A DNA stretch of 64,000 bases from Syntrophales bacterium (GTDB lineage Bacteria > Desulfobacterota > Syntrophia > Syntrophales > PHBD01), in assembly GCA_963668175.1 (NCBI GenBank), contig OY764159.1:3200001-3264000 (forward strand), read 5' to 3'. The notes under the pieces are model-generated. The model was given only the letters and a program-made list of their open reading frames with translations, was not told the DNA's origin and did no database searches. A program made the translations under genes and the position numbers. Below, one piece after another: positions 20,743 through 30,146 of the stretch. The first letter of the stretch is position 1; every line of letters starts with the position of its first letter.

Positions 20743-21863
20743 ACCGCCCGCCGCTGCATACGCTCCTGCCCGAATACATCAAGCAGTTCGAGCCCTATAT
20801 TCCGAGCAAACCCGACGCGGAGCTCATAAAGCTGTATCGCTGCAGCCGCCTCCATCGCCTCAACAACAACGAAAACGCCCTCGGTCCGCCGGAAGCGGCG
20901 CGGGAGATCATCCGGCGCTTTCCGCCGCCCGGGGCCGCCGTCTATCCCAGCGGGGACTCCTACTACCTGCGCCAGAAGCTCGCAGCGAGGTTCGGCAAGG
21001 ACCCCGACCGGTTCATCGTCGGCAACGGCGCGAACGAGGCGATCGCCTTCGTCATCAAGGCCTTCTGCGAGGCGGGGGACAACATCGTCACAGCCGACAA
21101 AACATTCGCCGTCTACGAATGGGTTGCCCGGTTTTCCGGTTTCGAGGCCAGGATCGTGCCCCTGAAAGACCAGACATTCGACGACGAAGGCATGCTAGCC
21201 GCCATCGACGGCAGGACCAAGGTCGTCTTCCTGTGCAACCCCAACAACCCCACCGGGACCTACTGGAGCACGGACCGCTTGACGCGCTTCCTCGACCGCG
21301 TCAATAACCGCCTGATCGTCGTCGTGGACGAGGCGTACTGCGAGTTCGTGGAAAAAGACGACTATCCGGACGGGATGGCGCTGATGGAACGCTACCCGAA
21401 CCTCGTCGTCTTCCGCACGTTTTCCAAGATGTACGGCCTCGCGGCGCTGCGGATCGGCTATCTGGCAGGGGACATGGACGTGGTGGACGCCGTCCGGAGG
21501 ACGTGCATCGTCTATTCGGTCAATGCGCTGGCCCAGGAGGCCGCCATGGCCGCTCTGGACGACGACGAGCACGTCCGGCGGAGCAGGGACCTTGTCCGGG
21601 AGGGCAAGGCGTACGTGAAGCGGGAACTGGAAAGGATGGGGCTTTCCTATGTTTGCGGCGAGGGGAATTACATGATGATCAAACTGCCTATGAGCGATAC
21701 GCTCGCGTACCGGAAACTGATGGCCCGGGGGATCATGGTGCGCACCATGACCACCTTCCGCTTTCCCAACTACATCCGCCTGACGATTTCCACCCCGGAT
21801 GTCATGGAGGCGTTCGTCGCCGCCCTGGAGACAACCGTCGGCCGGCACCGGAAGCAATCCTGA
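20739..21863 (+). CDS. Histidinol-phosphate aminotransferase (HisC)-like PLP enzyme
   Basis: NENALGP, CNPNNPTG, DEAY, RTFSKMYGLAALRIGY; ATGA overlap with the upstream gene. Confidence 0.9.
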   Translation: MNRPPLHTLLPEYIKQFEPYIPSKPDAELIKLYRCSRLHRLNNNENALGPPEAAREIIRRFPPPGAAVYPSGDSYYLRQKLAARFGKDPDRFIVGNGANEAIAFVIKAFCEAGDNIVTADKTFAVYEWVARFSGFEARIVPLKDQTFDDEGMLAAIDGRTKVVFLCNPNNPTGTYWSTDRLTRFLDRVNNRLIVVVDEAYCEFVEKDDYPDGMALMERYPNLVVFRTFSKMYGLAALRIGYLAGDMDVVDAVRRTCIVYSVNALAQEAAMAALDDDEHVRRSRDLVREGKAYVKRELERMGLSYVCGEGNYMMIKLPMSDTLAYRKLMARGIMVRTMTTFRFPNYIRLTISTPDVMEAFVAALETTVGRHRKQS

Positions 21864-21875
21864 CGCGGTCCCGGT

Positions 21876-22715
21876 TCATACATGGACGGCAAGGCGCAGG
21901 AGCAGGTTTCCCGCAACGGCCCTGCGGTAATTTGCGTCGGCCCTGACGTCGCCGATGGGGGCGACGGCATCCCTCGCGGCCCCGGCCGCGGCTTCCAGCG
22001 TTTCCCTATCCGGTTTCCTGCCGATCATCGCCTTCTCGGCCGCCGGACACGTCACCACCGTCGGCCCCACGCTCCCCCAGGCGAGGGAGGCCGAATCGAC
22101 GGCGCCGTTGCTTGTCATGCCGATCACCGCGGCCATACTGACAAGCGAACAGGCCAGAGCGTTGCGGTGGCCCACCTTTTCGTAATGCTGGACGGCGGAA
22201 GAAGCGGGCTTGACGATCCGGACCGCGGCGATGATTTCCCCGTGTTCCAGCCTGGTCCGTCCCGGCCCGGCGATGAAGTCCCTGATCGCCATACGCCGCA
22301 GGCCCGACCGGGAGATCAGTTCCACCTCCGCGCCCAAGGCATAAAGGGGCGGCAGCGTGTCCCCCGCCGGCGATGCCCGGCCGATGTTGCCGCCGATCGT
22401 GCCCATGTTGCGGACGATGGGCGATCCCAGCACCCGGATCGCCTGCGCCAGGACGGGCAGGTCTTTCCGGACCGAGTCATCGTCGAGGATATGGGCCAGG
22501 GTCGTGGCGGCTCCGATCCGAACGGCTCCGCCGTCGGCGCTTATGCCCCGCAGGTCGGCGATACGTTCCAGGCAGACGAGAGCGGGGAGCCCCTCCCCTC
22601 TTGCGTCGTACCGGACAAGCAGATCCGTCCCGCCCGCGTACGGCAGGGCGTTCGGTTCGCCGTCCAGACACGACCACAGTTCGTCCAGGGTTTGCGGGAG
22701 CAGGACTTTCTTCAA
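21876..22715 (-). CDS. Xanthine dehydrogenase-family FAD-binding subunit
   Basis: AGGTDL, VRNMGTIGGNI..ASPAGD, PIGDVRA...YR. Confidence 0.93.
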   Translation of the reverse strand: MKKVLLPQTLDELWSCLDGEPNALPYAGGTDLLVRYDARGEGLPALVCLERIADLRGISADGGAVRIGAATTLAHILDDDSVRKDLPVLAQAIRVLGSPIVRNMGTIGGNIGRASPAGDTLPPLYALGAEVELISRSGLRRMAIRDFIAGPGRTRLEHGEIIAAVRIVKPASSAVQHYEKVGHRNALACSLVSMAAVIGMTSNGAVDSASLAWGSVGPTVVTCPAAEKAMIGRKPDRETLEAAAGAARDAVAPIGDVRADANYRRAVAGNLLLRLAVHV

Positions 22716-23188
22716 GGCGATTCTTCCTTATCCATATTTCCGGCCGCCGTCATGACGGCATCGACGATCTTGTGGTATCCCGTGCAGCGGCAGAGGTTGC
22801 CGCCGATGCCTTCCCGGACGGCCTGCCGGTCCGGGTGAGGATTCTTTTGCAGGAGATGGAGCGACGTCATGACCATGCCCGGCGTACAGAAGCCGCACTG
22901 GACGGCGCCGCAATCGACAAAGGCCTGCTGGAGGGGATGGAGAGCGCCGTCTCTCCCTACCCCTTCGATCGTCGTGATCTCCCTGCCCTGCATTTGGACG
23001 GCCAGCATCAGGCAGGACGCGCGGGCCTCGCCGTCCACCAGGATCGTGCAGGCCCCGCAATCGCCGGCCCCGCATCCTTCCTTGGTTCCGGTCAATCCCA
23101 GGTCCTCCCGCAGGACGTCCACGACCCGCCGTCCCGGGTCCAGTTCCATGGCCTCCCTGCGTCCGTTCAACGTGAATTCGATCTTCAC
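22712..23188 (-). CDS. Xanthine dehydrogenase-family 2x[2Fe-2S] subunit
   Basis: GTKEGCGAGDCGACT, QCGFCTPG, NLCRCTGY; GTGA overlap with the large-subunit stop. Confidence 0.93.
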   Translation of the reverse strand: MKIEFTLNGRREAMELDPGRRVVDVLREDLGLTGTKEGCGAGDCGACTILVDGEARASCLMLAVQMQGREITTIEGVGRDGALHPLQQAFVDCGAVQCGFCTPGMVMTSLHLLQKNPHPDRQAVREGIGGNLCRCTGYHKIVDAVMTAAGNMDKEESP

Positions 23189-25485
23189 AGGGCCTCCCCC
23201 TTTCCGCTTTCGGATCTTCTTCCCAGGATGCACGGCGCCGTGAGCGGCGCGCAATCGACAGAGCAGCCCACAGCATCCTCGACGGCCGCGGCGACGGCCG
23301 GAAGCGGGGCGTTCACGCCGACCTCGCCGATGCCCTTCATGCCGAAGGGCCCGGAAGGCTCGTCCGACGGCACGATGGCGGTCGAGATGTCCGGAACGTC
23401 CATGGCGGTCGGGATCATGTACGTAAAAAAATCGGGGTTTTGGATCACGCCGTCGCGCACCTGGACGTCTTCCATGAGGGCATAGCCGAGGCCCTGGGCG
23501 ACAGCACCCTCGACCTGCTGCGCAAAGGTCCGGGGATTGATGACGCCGCCGCCTTCCGTCACGGCGTGATAAGCGAGGACATCCGCCTTGCCCGTCAGTT
23601 CGTCCACCTCGACGCAGGCCACATGGGCGCCGTAAGAGAAGATCGCGTGGGGAAAGCCCAGGCGGAAGGCCTTACCCGTGTCCGGAACTTCCTGGATGAC
23701 GGGCATGACGCAGCGGTTCGTACAGACCCGCTCCACCTCGGGCATGAAACGCGCCAGCAGCTCCAGGGGAATCGATTTTCCGGAGGGGCCGTGGCGGACG
23801 CAGCCGGCCTCAAGTTTGAAATCCTTCGTCTCGTCGATCAGGAGCGCCAGGGCCGCCCAGTGAAAGAGCCGCCGCTTCAGTTCGTCGCAGGCGCCGATGA
23901 GGGCGTTGCCGTAGGTGTAAGTCGTGCGGCTCGCCGACGACGATCCGGAAGGCAGCGTCCGGTCAGTGTCCGGCTGGACGAGTTCCATCCGCGAGGCGTC
24001 CTGCCTCAGGATGTCCCCCGCAATCTGGACGAAGGTGCTGGCGTTGCCCTGCCCCATATCCGACACGCCGTTCAGCACGCGTATTTTGCCCTCCGGCGTC
24101 AGTTCGATCCGGGCGATGGCGGCATCGGGAAGCCCCCTGCCGTAACCCATGGCGTTGAAGACGGCGGCGATCCCCACGCCGCGTTGCTTGAAGGGACCCG
24201 CGCCGCCCTTCCAGCGGCTGCGGTCCGTCCAGAGGGGATGCCCCTTGATCGCCTCCAGGCAGGGCACCATGCCCGTCGAATAGATCATTTTCACACCGGC
24301 GCAGTTCGTATCGCCCGGCCTGAGCGCATTCTTCAGCCTCAGATCCAGGGGGTCCATGCCGAGCTTCGCCGCCAGCCGGTCCATCATCCGCTCGAAGGCG
24401 AAGCTGACCTGGCACACGCCGAAACCGCGCATGGCGCCGGCGACGGGATGGTTGGTGTAGACGCACCATCCCTCGATGAGGGCGTTGGGTATCCGGTAAG
24501 GCCCGGCGGCATGCTCCATCCCCAGTTCCATGACCTCGCCGCCGAGATGGGCATACGCCCCCGTGTCGTAATAGAGCTTTGCCGACAGCGCACGAAGCGT
24601 ACCGTCCGCGTCCGCCGCCAGGCGGTAAACCATCCGGACCGCGTGGCGCTTGTACCCCGCCAGGAAGCTCTCTTCGCGGTCCCACCACATCTTGACGGGC
24701 CTGCCCCCCGCATGCATAGCGGCCAGGGCCAGCAGGCACTGGACGGTCGCGCCGTCCTTGCCGCCGAAGGCGCCGCCCAGAAAGGGGCTGATGATCCGAA
24801 TGCTGTTCACGTCGAGACCCAGGGCATGGGCGATCTCGAAGCGGTCCCGAAAGGGGGCCTGGGTGGAAACGGTCATGACGATCCTGCCGTCCGCTTCCCT
24901 CCGGGCCACACCGTTTTCCGTTTCCAGAAAAGCATGCTCCTGGAAGGGAACGGAAAATTCGCCCTCGACGACGACTGCGGCGCCGGCAAAACCCTTTTCC
25001 GGGTCTCCTTTTCTTATGTCCGCCGCCAGCAATGTGTTGCCCCCGTCGTGTACCAGGGGAGCATCGGGCTGCAGGGCCTCTTCGGGAGCAAAAACTGCGG
25101 GCAGGGGTTCGAAGTCCGCTTCGATGAGGGCGGCGGCCTGCGCGGCGGCCGATCTGGTTTCGGCAACCACGAGGGCGACGGCGTCACCGCAATGCCGGAC
25201 CTTGTCCCCGGCGATTACCGGCTGGTCCTTGTGGATGATCCCCTGGCGGTTCGTCCCCGGTACGTCCGCCGCCGTAAGGACGGCGACCACGCCGGGAAAG
25301 GCCTTCGCTCTCGATGTATCGACGCGCACGATCCGCCCGTGGGGGATGCCCGCCCGCCTCGCCTTCGCCCAGAGAAGGTTCTCCGGATACTCGTCCGCGG
25401 CGTACTTCTCCTTCCCCGTAACCTTGGCGGCGGCATCGAAACGCGGCTCCGGGCGTCCTACGGCCATGGCCTTCTCTTCCGTCAT
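23185..25485 (-). CDS. Xanthine dehydrogenase/aldehyde oxidoreductase-family molybdopterin-binding subunit
   Basis: KVTG, STQAP, GGAFGGK, GAMRGFG, MGQG, SASRT, GPFGMKGIGE (catalytic Glu). Confidence 0.95.
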   Translation of the reverse strand: MTEEKAMAVGRPEPRFDAAAKVTGKEKYAADEYPENLLWAKARRAGIPHGRIVRVDTSRAKAFPGVVAVLTAADVPGTNRQGIIHKDQPVIAGDKVRHCGDAVALVVAETRSAAAQAAALIEADFEPLPAVFAPEEALQPDAPLVHDGGNTLLAADIRKGDPEKGFAGAAVVVEGEFSVPFQEHAFLETENGVARREADGRIVMTVSTQAPFRDRFEIAHALGLDVNSIRIISPFLGGAFGGKDGATVQCLLALAAMHAGGRPVKMWWDREESFLAGYKRHAVRMVYRLAADADGTLRALSAKLYYDTGAYAHLGGEVMELGMEHAAGPYRIPNALIEGWCVYTNHPVAGAMRGFGVCQVSFAFERMMDRLAAKLGMDPLDLRLKNALRPGDTNCAGVKMIYSTGMVPCLEAIKGHPLWTDRSRWKGGAGPFKQRGVGIAAVFNAMGYGRGLPDAAIARIELTPEGKIRVLNGVSDMGQGNASTFVQIAGDILRQDASRMELVQPDTDRTLPSGSSSASRTTYTYGNALIGACDELKRRLFHWAALALLIDETKDFKLEAGCVRHGPSGKSIPLELLARFMPEVERVCTNRCVMPVIQEVPDTGKAFRLGFPHAIFSYGAHVACVEVDELTGKADVLAYHAVTEGGGVINPRTFAQQVEGAVAQGLGYALMEDVQVRDGVIQNPDFFTYMIPTAMDVPDISTAIVPSDEPSGPFGMKGIGEVGVNAPLPAVAAAVEDAVGCSVDCAPLTAPCILGRRSESGKGEAL

Positions 25486-25592
25486 GCTGTCATTTATCCT
25501 TCCGTCGGCGGCATCCCGCCCTTCATCTTCCTTCCCTGTTTATACCATACCCGGGCATTTCTGTCGTCCCCAATCGGCGGACCGCCTCGCCC

Positions 25593-26792
25593 TTATTGCC
25601 GAGAACCCGCCCGGCCCGACGCCCGGCCTGCGGCCGCTACGGACAGGCCGCATCCGATCAGCACGAAGAAGACGCAGCTTATCATCGTAGCGGAGACGGA
25701 ACATCCGGCGGCGATCAGCGCCCCTCCCAGGTAGGGGCCGAGGAAAAATCCCCCGTCCATCATGAAGAGGGCAATGTTTGTGTTCAGCCCCCGGTGGCGC
25801 GGCGGCGAAATGTCGAAGAGCGCGGCGTTGAGCATCGGGATGCCGACGCCGACGCACAATCCGTAAACGGCGGCAAGGACAAAGAAGATAACCTCCGAAG
25901 AAACAAAACGGAGCGCAAGGAGGCAGACGGCGAGCGCCGCCATAGCCGCGGAAAGCGTCCGGAGTTTGTCGAGCCGGTCGAATATTCTGCTTCCCAGGAG
26001 GCGTACCGCTATCATCACGGCCGTGTAAATCGTGAAGAACGCGCCGACATTTTTCATTCCCGCCGCCAGGGCAAAATCCTTCATGAAGAAGAAGACCGTG
26101 GCGTGGCTGATATAAATGAAGAAATTGATCCCGAAGAGAAGGGCGATATCCCGGTTGCGGATATTCTCCCTGACGTCCGCAAAAGACGGGCGGGAGAATG
26201 CGGCGCCTCCGGCCTTCGCAGCCGCGATCATCCTTTTTCCGATACACAAAAGCAGGACCGCGGCCGGCAGCGCCAGAAAGGCTACGCCCGCATAGATATC
26301 GGCCTCGCTCTCCACGCGGCCGAGGAGATATTCCGTGACGGGCGGCATCACCGCATAGGGGATAAGCGTGGCAAGACTGATGACGCTGAATCCTTCGGCG
26401 CTCCTTTGCCGGGGAATGAAGTTCACGACGACCGTAAAAGCTGCGGAGACAAGGAGGACGAAGGCCGTCCCGTGAAGGATGCGAACGGCGGCGATACCCG
26501 GCACGGACAGGACGTACCGGTACGACATCAGGGCCAGGACCAGCATGACAAGCGATGCGGCCATCAAGCCGGGAGCGTTGCCGGCGTGCAGCCGGGATAT
26601 CACGAACGGCCGGAGGAGAAAGGCGGCCATCGGCTCCAGCCCGAGGAGGAAGCCTCTCCAGACGGGGGGAACGCCGATCCGTCCAAGATAGGTGTAAAAG
26701 CTGTAGAAGACGGCGATATTGAGAAACGCAAAGAGCATGATGACCGTGACGGCTATGAATTCGAGGCTGTACAGACGCCGGGGTTCTTCCAT
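25593..26792 (-). CDS. MFS transporter
   Basis: About 12 hydrophobic segments, RILHG, GSRIFDRL motif; GAGGA RBS before MEEPR. Confidence 0.9.
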   Translation of the reverse strand: MEEPRRLYSLEFIAVTVIMLFAFLNIAVFYSFYTYLGRIGVPPVWRGFLLGLEPMAAFLLRPFVISRLHAGNAPGLMAASLVMLVLALMSYRYVLSVPGIAAVRILHGTAFVLLVSAAFTVVVNFIPRQRSAEGFSVISLATLIPYAVMPPVTEYLLGRVESEADIYAGVAFLALPAAVLLLCIGKRMIAAAKAGGAAFSRPSFADVRENIRNRDIALLFGINFFIYISHATVFFFMKDFALAAGMKNVGAFFTIYTAVMIAVRLLGSRIFDRLDKLRTLSAAMAALAVCLLALRFVSSEVIFFVLAAVYGLCVGVGIPMLNAALFDISPPRHRGLNTNIALFMMDGGFFLGPYLGGALIAAGCSVSATMISCVFFVLIGCGLSVAAAGRASGRAGSRQ

Positions 26793-27055
26793 GGTTTCCT
26801 CTTCCGGTTCGCGCAGCGTATCGCCGCAGGTGCAGGAGAACGGCCGGGGCTGTCCCCTTCCCTCACCGTCTTTACGGGACGACGGTAAGACCTTTTCTTT
26901 TGACAAAGCAGGGATGCTCCGTTATATCTGTCGAGCCTCCGGCGACGATCGTTCCATACCACGAAAGGCGGGAAAATGACACGTTCAATCGACCGGGAAA
27001 GACCGGACGGCCGATACATCCTGCCGCAAAGACGGGAAAGGAGCGGTGCCACAGC

Positions 27056-28081
27056 ATGAACGACAACGAGAGAACATCGTCCGAGGAATTCGAGGTCGGC
27101 TTCTTCCGCCCGGAGGATGCCGAAGGCATCGTTGCGCTCTTCCGTTCCGTGTATGGGGAAGGCTACCCGATCAGGATGTTTTACGATCCCGCGGCCATCG
27201 CCGCCGCCAATGCCGCGGGGGACTACTACTCCTTCGTGGCCCGAACGGCCGCAGGCAAAGTGGGCGGCGTGATGCATATCTTCCGCTCCGCACCGAATCC
27301 GGACATCTACGAATGGGGATCGGGCCTGGTCTTGAACGAATACCGACAACTGGGACTTTCCAGCCGTCTGATCCGGTTCCTGTTCGACGATTGGGTGCGC
27401 GAGCGGGAAAACATCCATGCGATCTACGGCGAGGCGGTCTGCAACCATCCCTACATGCAGAAGAGCGCTGTCGATCTCGCGTTTACCGCCACGTCGCTCG
27501 AAGTCGCCCTCATGCCCGCCGAGGCCTATTCGACGGAAAAGAACGCCCCGGGGCGCGTCGCCTCGCTCTTCATGGCGAAGACCTATCGCCCCCGGCCCCA
27601 TACGGTCCACATCCCGGCCGTTTACAAACGGGAGCTTAGGTCTATCTATGCCCGCCTCGACGACGAGAGGACGCTGACGCCCGCCGAAGCGACGACATAC
27701 GGAGAGCCGGCCTCCACTATCGACATGACCCTTTTCGATTTCGCCCAGGTGGCCCGGATAGCCGTTTCCGCCATCGGCGCCGATTTTCCGGAGCGCTTGC
27801 AGACCCTGGAGGAAGAGGCCCGCGGGAAGAACGCCCTTGTCATCCAGGTGTGGCTCCCCTTGCACACGGCGGCGATCGGCCCGGCCGTCGATTGTCTTCG
27901 CAGCCGGAGCTACTTCTTCGGCGGCCTCTTGCCCCAGTGGTTCGGCCACGACGCCCTCCTGATGCAGAAGCTCTACTGCCCCCCGGACTTCGAAAACATC
28001 CAGTTGTACGAAGAGAATGGCAAGCAGGTTTTCGACATGTTGAAGGAAGACTGGCAGCGGGTGACGGGCGGCGATTTCTGA
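27056..28081 (+). CDS. GNAT-like protein (tandem acetyltransferase fold)
   Basis: PEDAEGIVALFRSVYG, VLNEYRQLGLS (motif A-like), GEAVCNHPYMQK. Confidence 0.75.
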   Translation: MNDNERTSSEEFEVGFFRPEDAEGIVALFRSVYGEGYPIRMFYDPAAIAAANAAGDYYSFVARTAAGKVGGVMHIFRSAPNPDIYEWGSGLVLNEYRQLGLSSRLIRFLFDDWVRERENIHAIYGEAVCNHPYMQKSAVDLAFTATSLEVALMPAEAYSTEKNAPGRVASLFMAKTYRPRPHTVHIPAVYKRELRSIYARLDDERTLTPAEATTYGEPASTIDMTLFDFAQVARIAVSAIGADFPERLQTLEEEARGKNALVIQVWLPLHTAAIGPAVDCLRSRSYFFGGLLPQWFGHDALLMQKLYCPPDFENIQLYEENGKQVFDMLKEDWQRVTGGDF

Positions 28082-28273
28082 TCCTGCCCCAGAGCGTGGG
28101 CTACACCCGCACATTGCCGGCCTGTCGGGGAAACGAGACGGCATCACCCGGTTGATAACACCGCTTGCCATATCTCCCCCGATTTTGCCAAAATTCGCTG
28201 GCTTCCGCGCCTCCCACCCGTTACAATCATCTTGACGTAATTCAATTCATGAATCTTTAAAGGAGGGAACATC

Positions 28274-28603
28274 ATGGACGATCATTTTTATGCGAAGGAC
28301 TCGAAGGGATTGAAGAAGCTGGCGGGACTGAAAAACGACATGTTCAAATCCTTTCTCGAATTCGACGGCAAGGTCTTCGCCGAGGGCAGCCTGTCGGTCA
28401 AGACCAAGGAGCTGATCGCCATCGGCGCGGCCCACATCACCCGGTGCCCCTATTGCATCGACGGCCACGTTAAACGGGCGAAGAAGGCGGGCGCCACCGA
28501 CGAGGAGATCGCCGAGGCGGTTTTCGTGGGCGTCGCCATGAGCGCCGGGGCCGCCGTCGCCCACTCGCGCGTCGCCATGGACGCCATCGAGCCGGATAAA
28601 TGA
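28274..28603 (+). CDS. Carboxymuconolactone decarboxylase / AhpD-like protein
   Basis: LSVKTKELIAI...CPYCIDGH...GATDEEIAEA; AGGAGG RBS. Confidence 0.9.
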   Translation: MDDHFYAKDSKGLKKLAGLKNDMFKSFLEFDGKVFAEGSLSVKTKELIAIGAAHITRCPYCIDGHVKRAKKAGATDEEIAEAVFVGVAMSAGAAVAHSRVAMDAIEPDK

Positions 28604-28647
28604 CCGCACAGCCGGAAGCGATTTTTCGATCCTTCCGCCGTTCCGCC
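28508..28647 (+). repeat. Direct repeat copy 1 (3' end of the CMD gene plus downstream sequence)
   Basis: Matches 29428-29528; 42 bp identical core at 28595-28636 and 29476-29517. Confidence 0.9.
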
Positions 28648-28724
28648 ATCGGGACGCGCGGAAGGGTAGGAAGGTCCATGGATATTTCTTGCCTGCATGG
28701 GACACAAACCGGGCTGCCTATGCG

Positions 28725-29000
28725 CTATACAATATGGACAGCCAATCTCTTGCCTAAGGCTTTGGCAACCCTGTCCAGAGTCGAAAGCTTGATGTCCTCC
28801 GCATGGTTTTCAATCCTTGAAATCGCTGTTTTCTTCGTTTTGAGGCGCGTCGCAAGCTCCTCCTGGGTCAAACCTGCGGATTCCCTTGCGTGACGAAGAA
28901 GAACGCCTATCTTGAACTGCTCATACCCCTCATCGAACCCTTCCGCGAATTCACGGTCCGTCTTTTTCCGCTTGGCAATATAATTTTTCAGGTCGCTCAT
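28725..29000 (-). CDS. XRE-family HTH antitoxin (HigA-like)
   Basis: [27 protein letters not shown]...LSTL..VAKALG; overlaps toxin stop (ATGA). Confidence 0.9.
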   Translation of the reverse strand: MSDLKNYIAKRKKTDREFAEGFDEGYEQFKIGVLLRHARESAGLTQEELATRLKTKKTAISRIENHAEDIKLSTLDRVAKALGKRLAVHIV

Positions 29001-29353
29001 ATTTTTGTCCTCTTGCTCAAATAATCTCTCTTGTACGATTCCGCCCTTGCTATTTCCTGTTTGGGCGTTTTCTGCGTCTTTTTGACGAAACCATGGGTTA
29101 GAACCAACACCGAATACCCCTCAAAGAAACAGAATATTCGATAGATATTCGCGCCGTACTGAATCCTGCACTCCCATATGTCCTCTGTTCCGATCAGTTT
29201 CTTGAAATAAGCGGCCGGCACGATCTCCAAATCTTCCACGAGACGCAACACCCAAACAACCTTTTGCGCTGCTTTTCCCGGCAGGGAATCGAGAAAATTC
29301 AGAACAGGACATTTCCCGTCCGACGTTCTGTAAAAGATGACAGTTCTTTTCAT
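28997..29353 (-). CDS. Type II toxin, RelE/HigB (Gp49-like) family
   Basis: [18 protein letters not shown]...IWECRI...YRIF...[15 protein letters not shown]. Confidence 0.9.
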   Translation of the reverse strand: MKRTVIFYRTSDGKCPVLNFLDSLPGKAAQKVVWVLRLVEDLEIVPAAYFKKLIGTEDIWECRIQYGANIYRIFCFFEGYSVLVLTHGFVKKTQKTPKQEIARAESYKRDYLSKRTKI

Positions 29354-29359
29354 AACCAT

Positions 29360-29388
29360 ATGTTAACCTGCGTGTTAACATTTGTCAA
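29360..29388 (-). promoter_or_regulatory. Toxin-antitoxin promoter with overlapping palindromic operator
   Basis: TTGACA (29388-29383), 17 bp, TAACAT (29365-29360); ATGTTAAC-N6-GTTAACAT at 29360-29381. Confidence 0.75.
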
Positions 29389-29427
29389 GGCCATTTCCCG
29401 TAAGGTCATAGCCGCAGATGAAAATAA

Positions 29428-29528
29428 ATCGCCGAGGCGGTTTTTGTGGGCATCGCCATGGACGCCGTCGAGCCCGATAAATGACCGCACAGCCGGAAGC
29501 GATTTTTCGATCCTTCCCGCGTTCCGCC
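29428..29528 (+). pseudogene. Direct repeat copy 2: degenerate fragment of the CMD gene 3' end
   Basis: Encodes IAEAVFVGIAMDAVEPDK*, i.e. the CMD C-terminus with a 39-bp deletion; no start codon. Confidence 0.8.
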
Positions 29529-29580
29529 GCCGGGGCGCTTCGGGATCGCCGCGACATGCTTCCTGGCTTCCTGTCCTGTT

Positions 29581-29640
29581 TTGAGGTCACTTGAAGTCAG
29601 TTGACGACATTTGAAGTCAAGAAGATGCCATTTGAAGTCA
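29581..29640 (+). repeat. Phased 9-bp direct repeats TTGA(A/G)GTCA
   Basis: Copies at 29581, 29591, 29601 (degenerate), 29611, 29632. Confidence 0.7.
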
Positions 29641-30146
29641 TGACAAGCTCGCAGACCTTCTGGGGCAAAGTGAATTTCTCTCTTTTCCGCCCTTGACAAA
29701 TCCGCCTGAATCCCGGCCCCGAGCCGCCGGGCGGCATGTGCCTCCATCACGAAATGAACTATCTTATTAATGACTTGCACGATACCGGCGGCGGGCGTCT
29801 TCGCCCTTTGACGGGGCTGTTCACCGCGGGGGAGAGGCCGTTGTCCCGGCGGCCGCAGGCGAAATCACCGGGCTGTCCACGGCCGTGTCCACAACGCCTC
29901 TATACTCTATTTTTATTATTAATAGAGAGTGCGCCTGGAGGCGCACCCGGCATGCGCGGCCTAACTTTCGCCGCTTCCAGAACATTTTCCCGAATCCCGC
30001 TATTTTGCTCGCTGTTCGACGGACGAACATTTTCCGGCCGGTTTTTATTTGACAACAGAGCGGTTTTCAGATAGTCGATGGCCGGTAAAAATTGCATCTT
30101 ATTGCACCCATTAAAAAAACATTAACGAGACGAAGGAGGTAAGCTT

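Noticed and set aside
23440..25734. 764-aa plus-strand ORF and similar long antisense ORFs (149-1345, 5409-6944, 14278-15618, 16376-17818, 25596-26888)
   Set aside because: They mirror well-supported genes on the opposite strand; high GC3 suppresses stops in the antisense frame and they carry no recognisable motifs.
23185..28603. Selenocysteine or stop read-through in the Mo enzyme or CxxC protein
   Set aside because: All ORFs are full length with intact motifs and no in-frame TGA at catalytic positions.
29581..29640. Possible CRISPR array
   Set aside because: Repeats are 9 bp with essentially no spacers and there are no cas genes.
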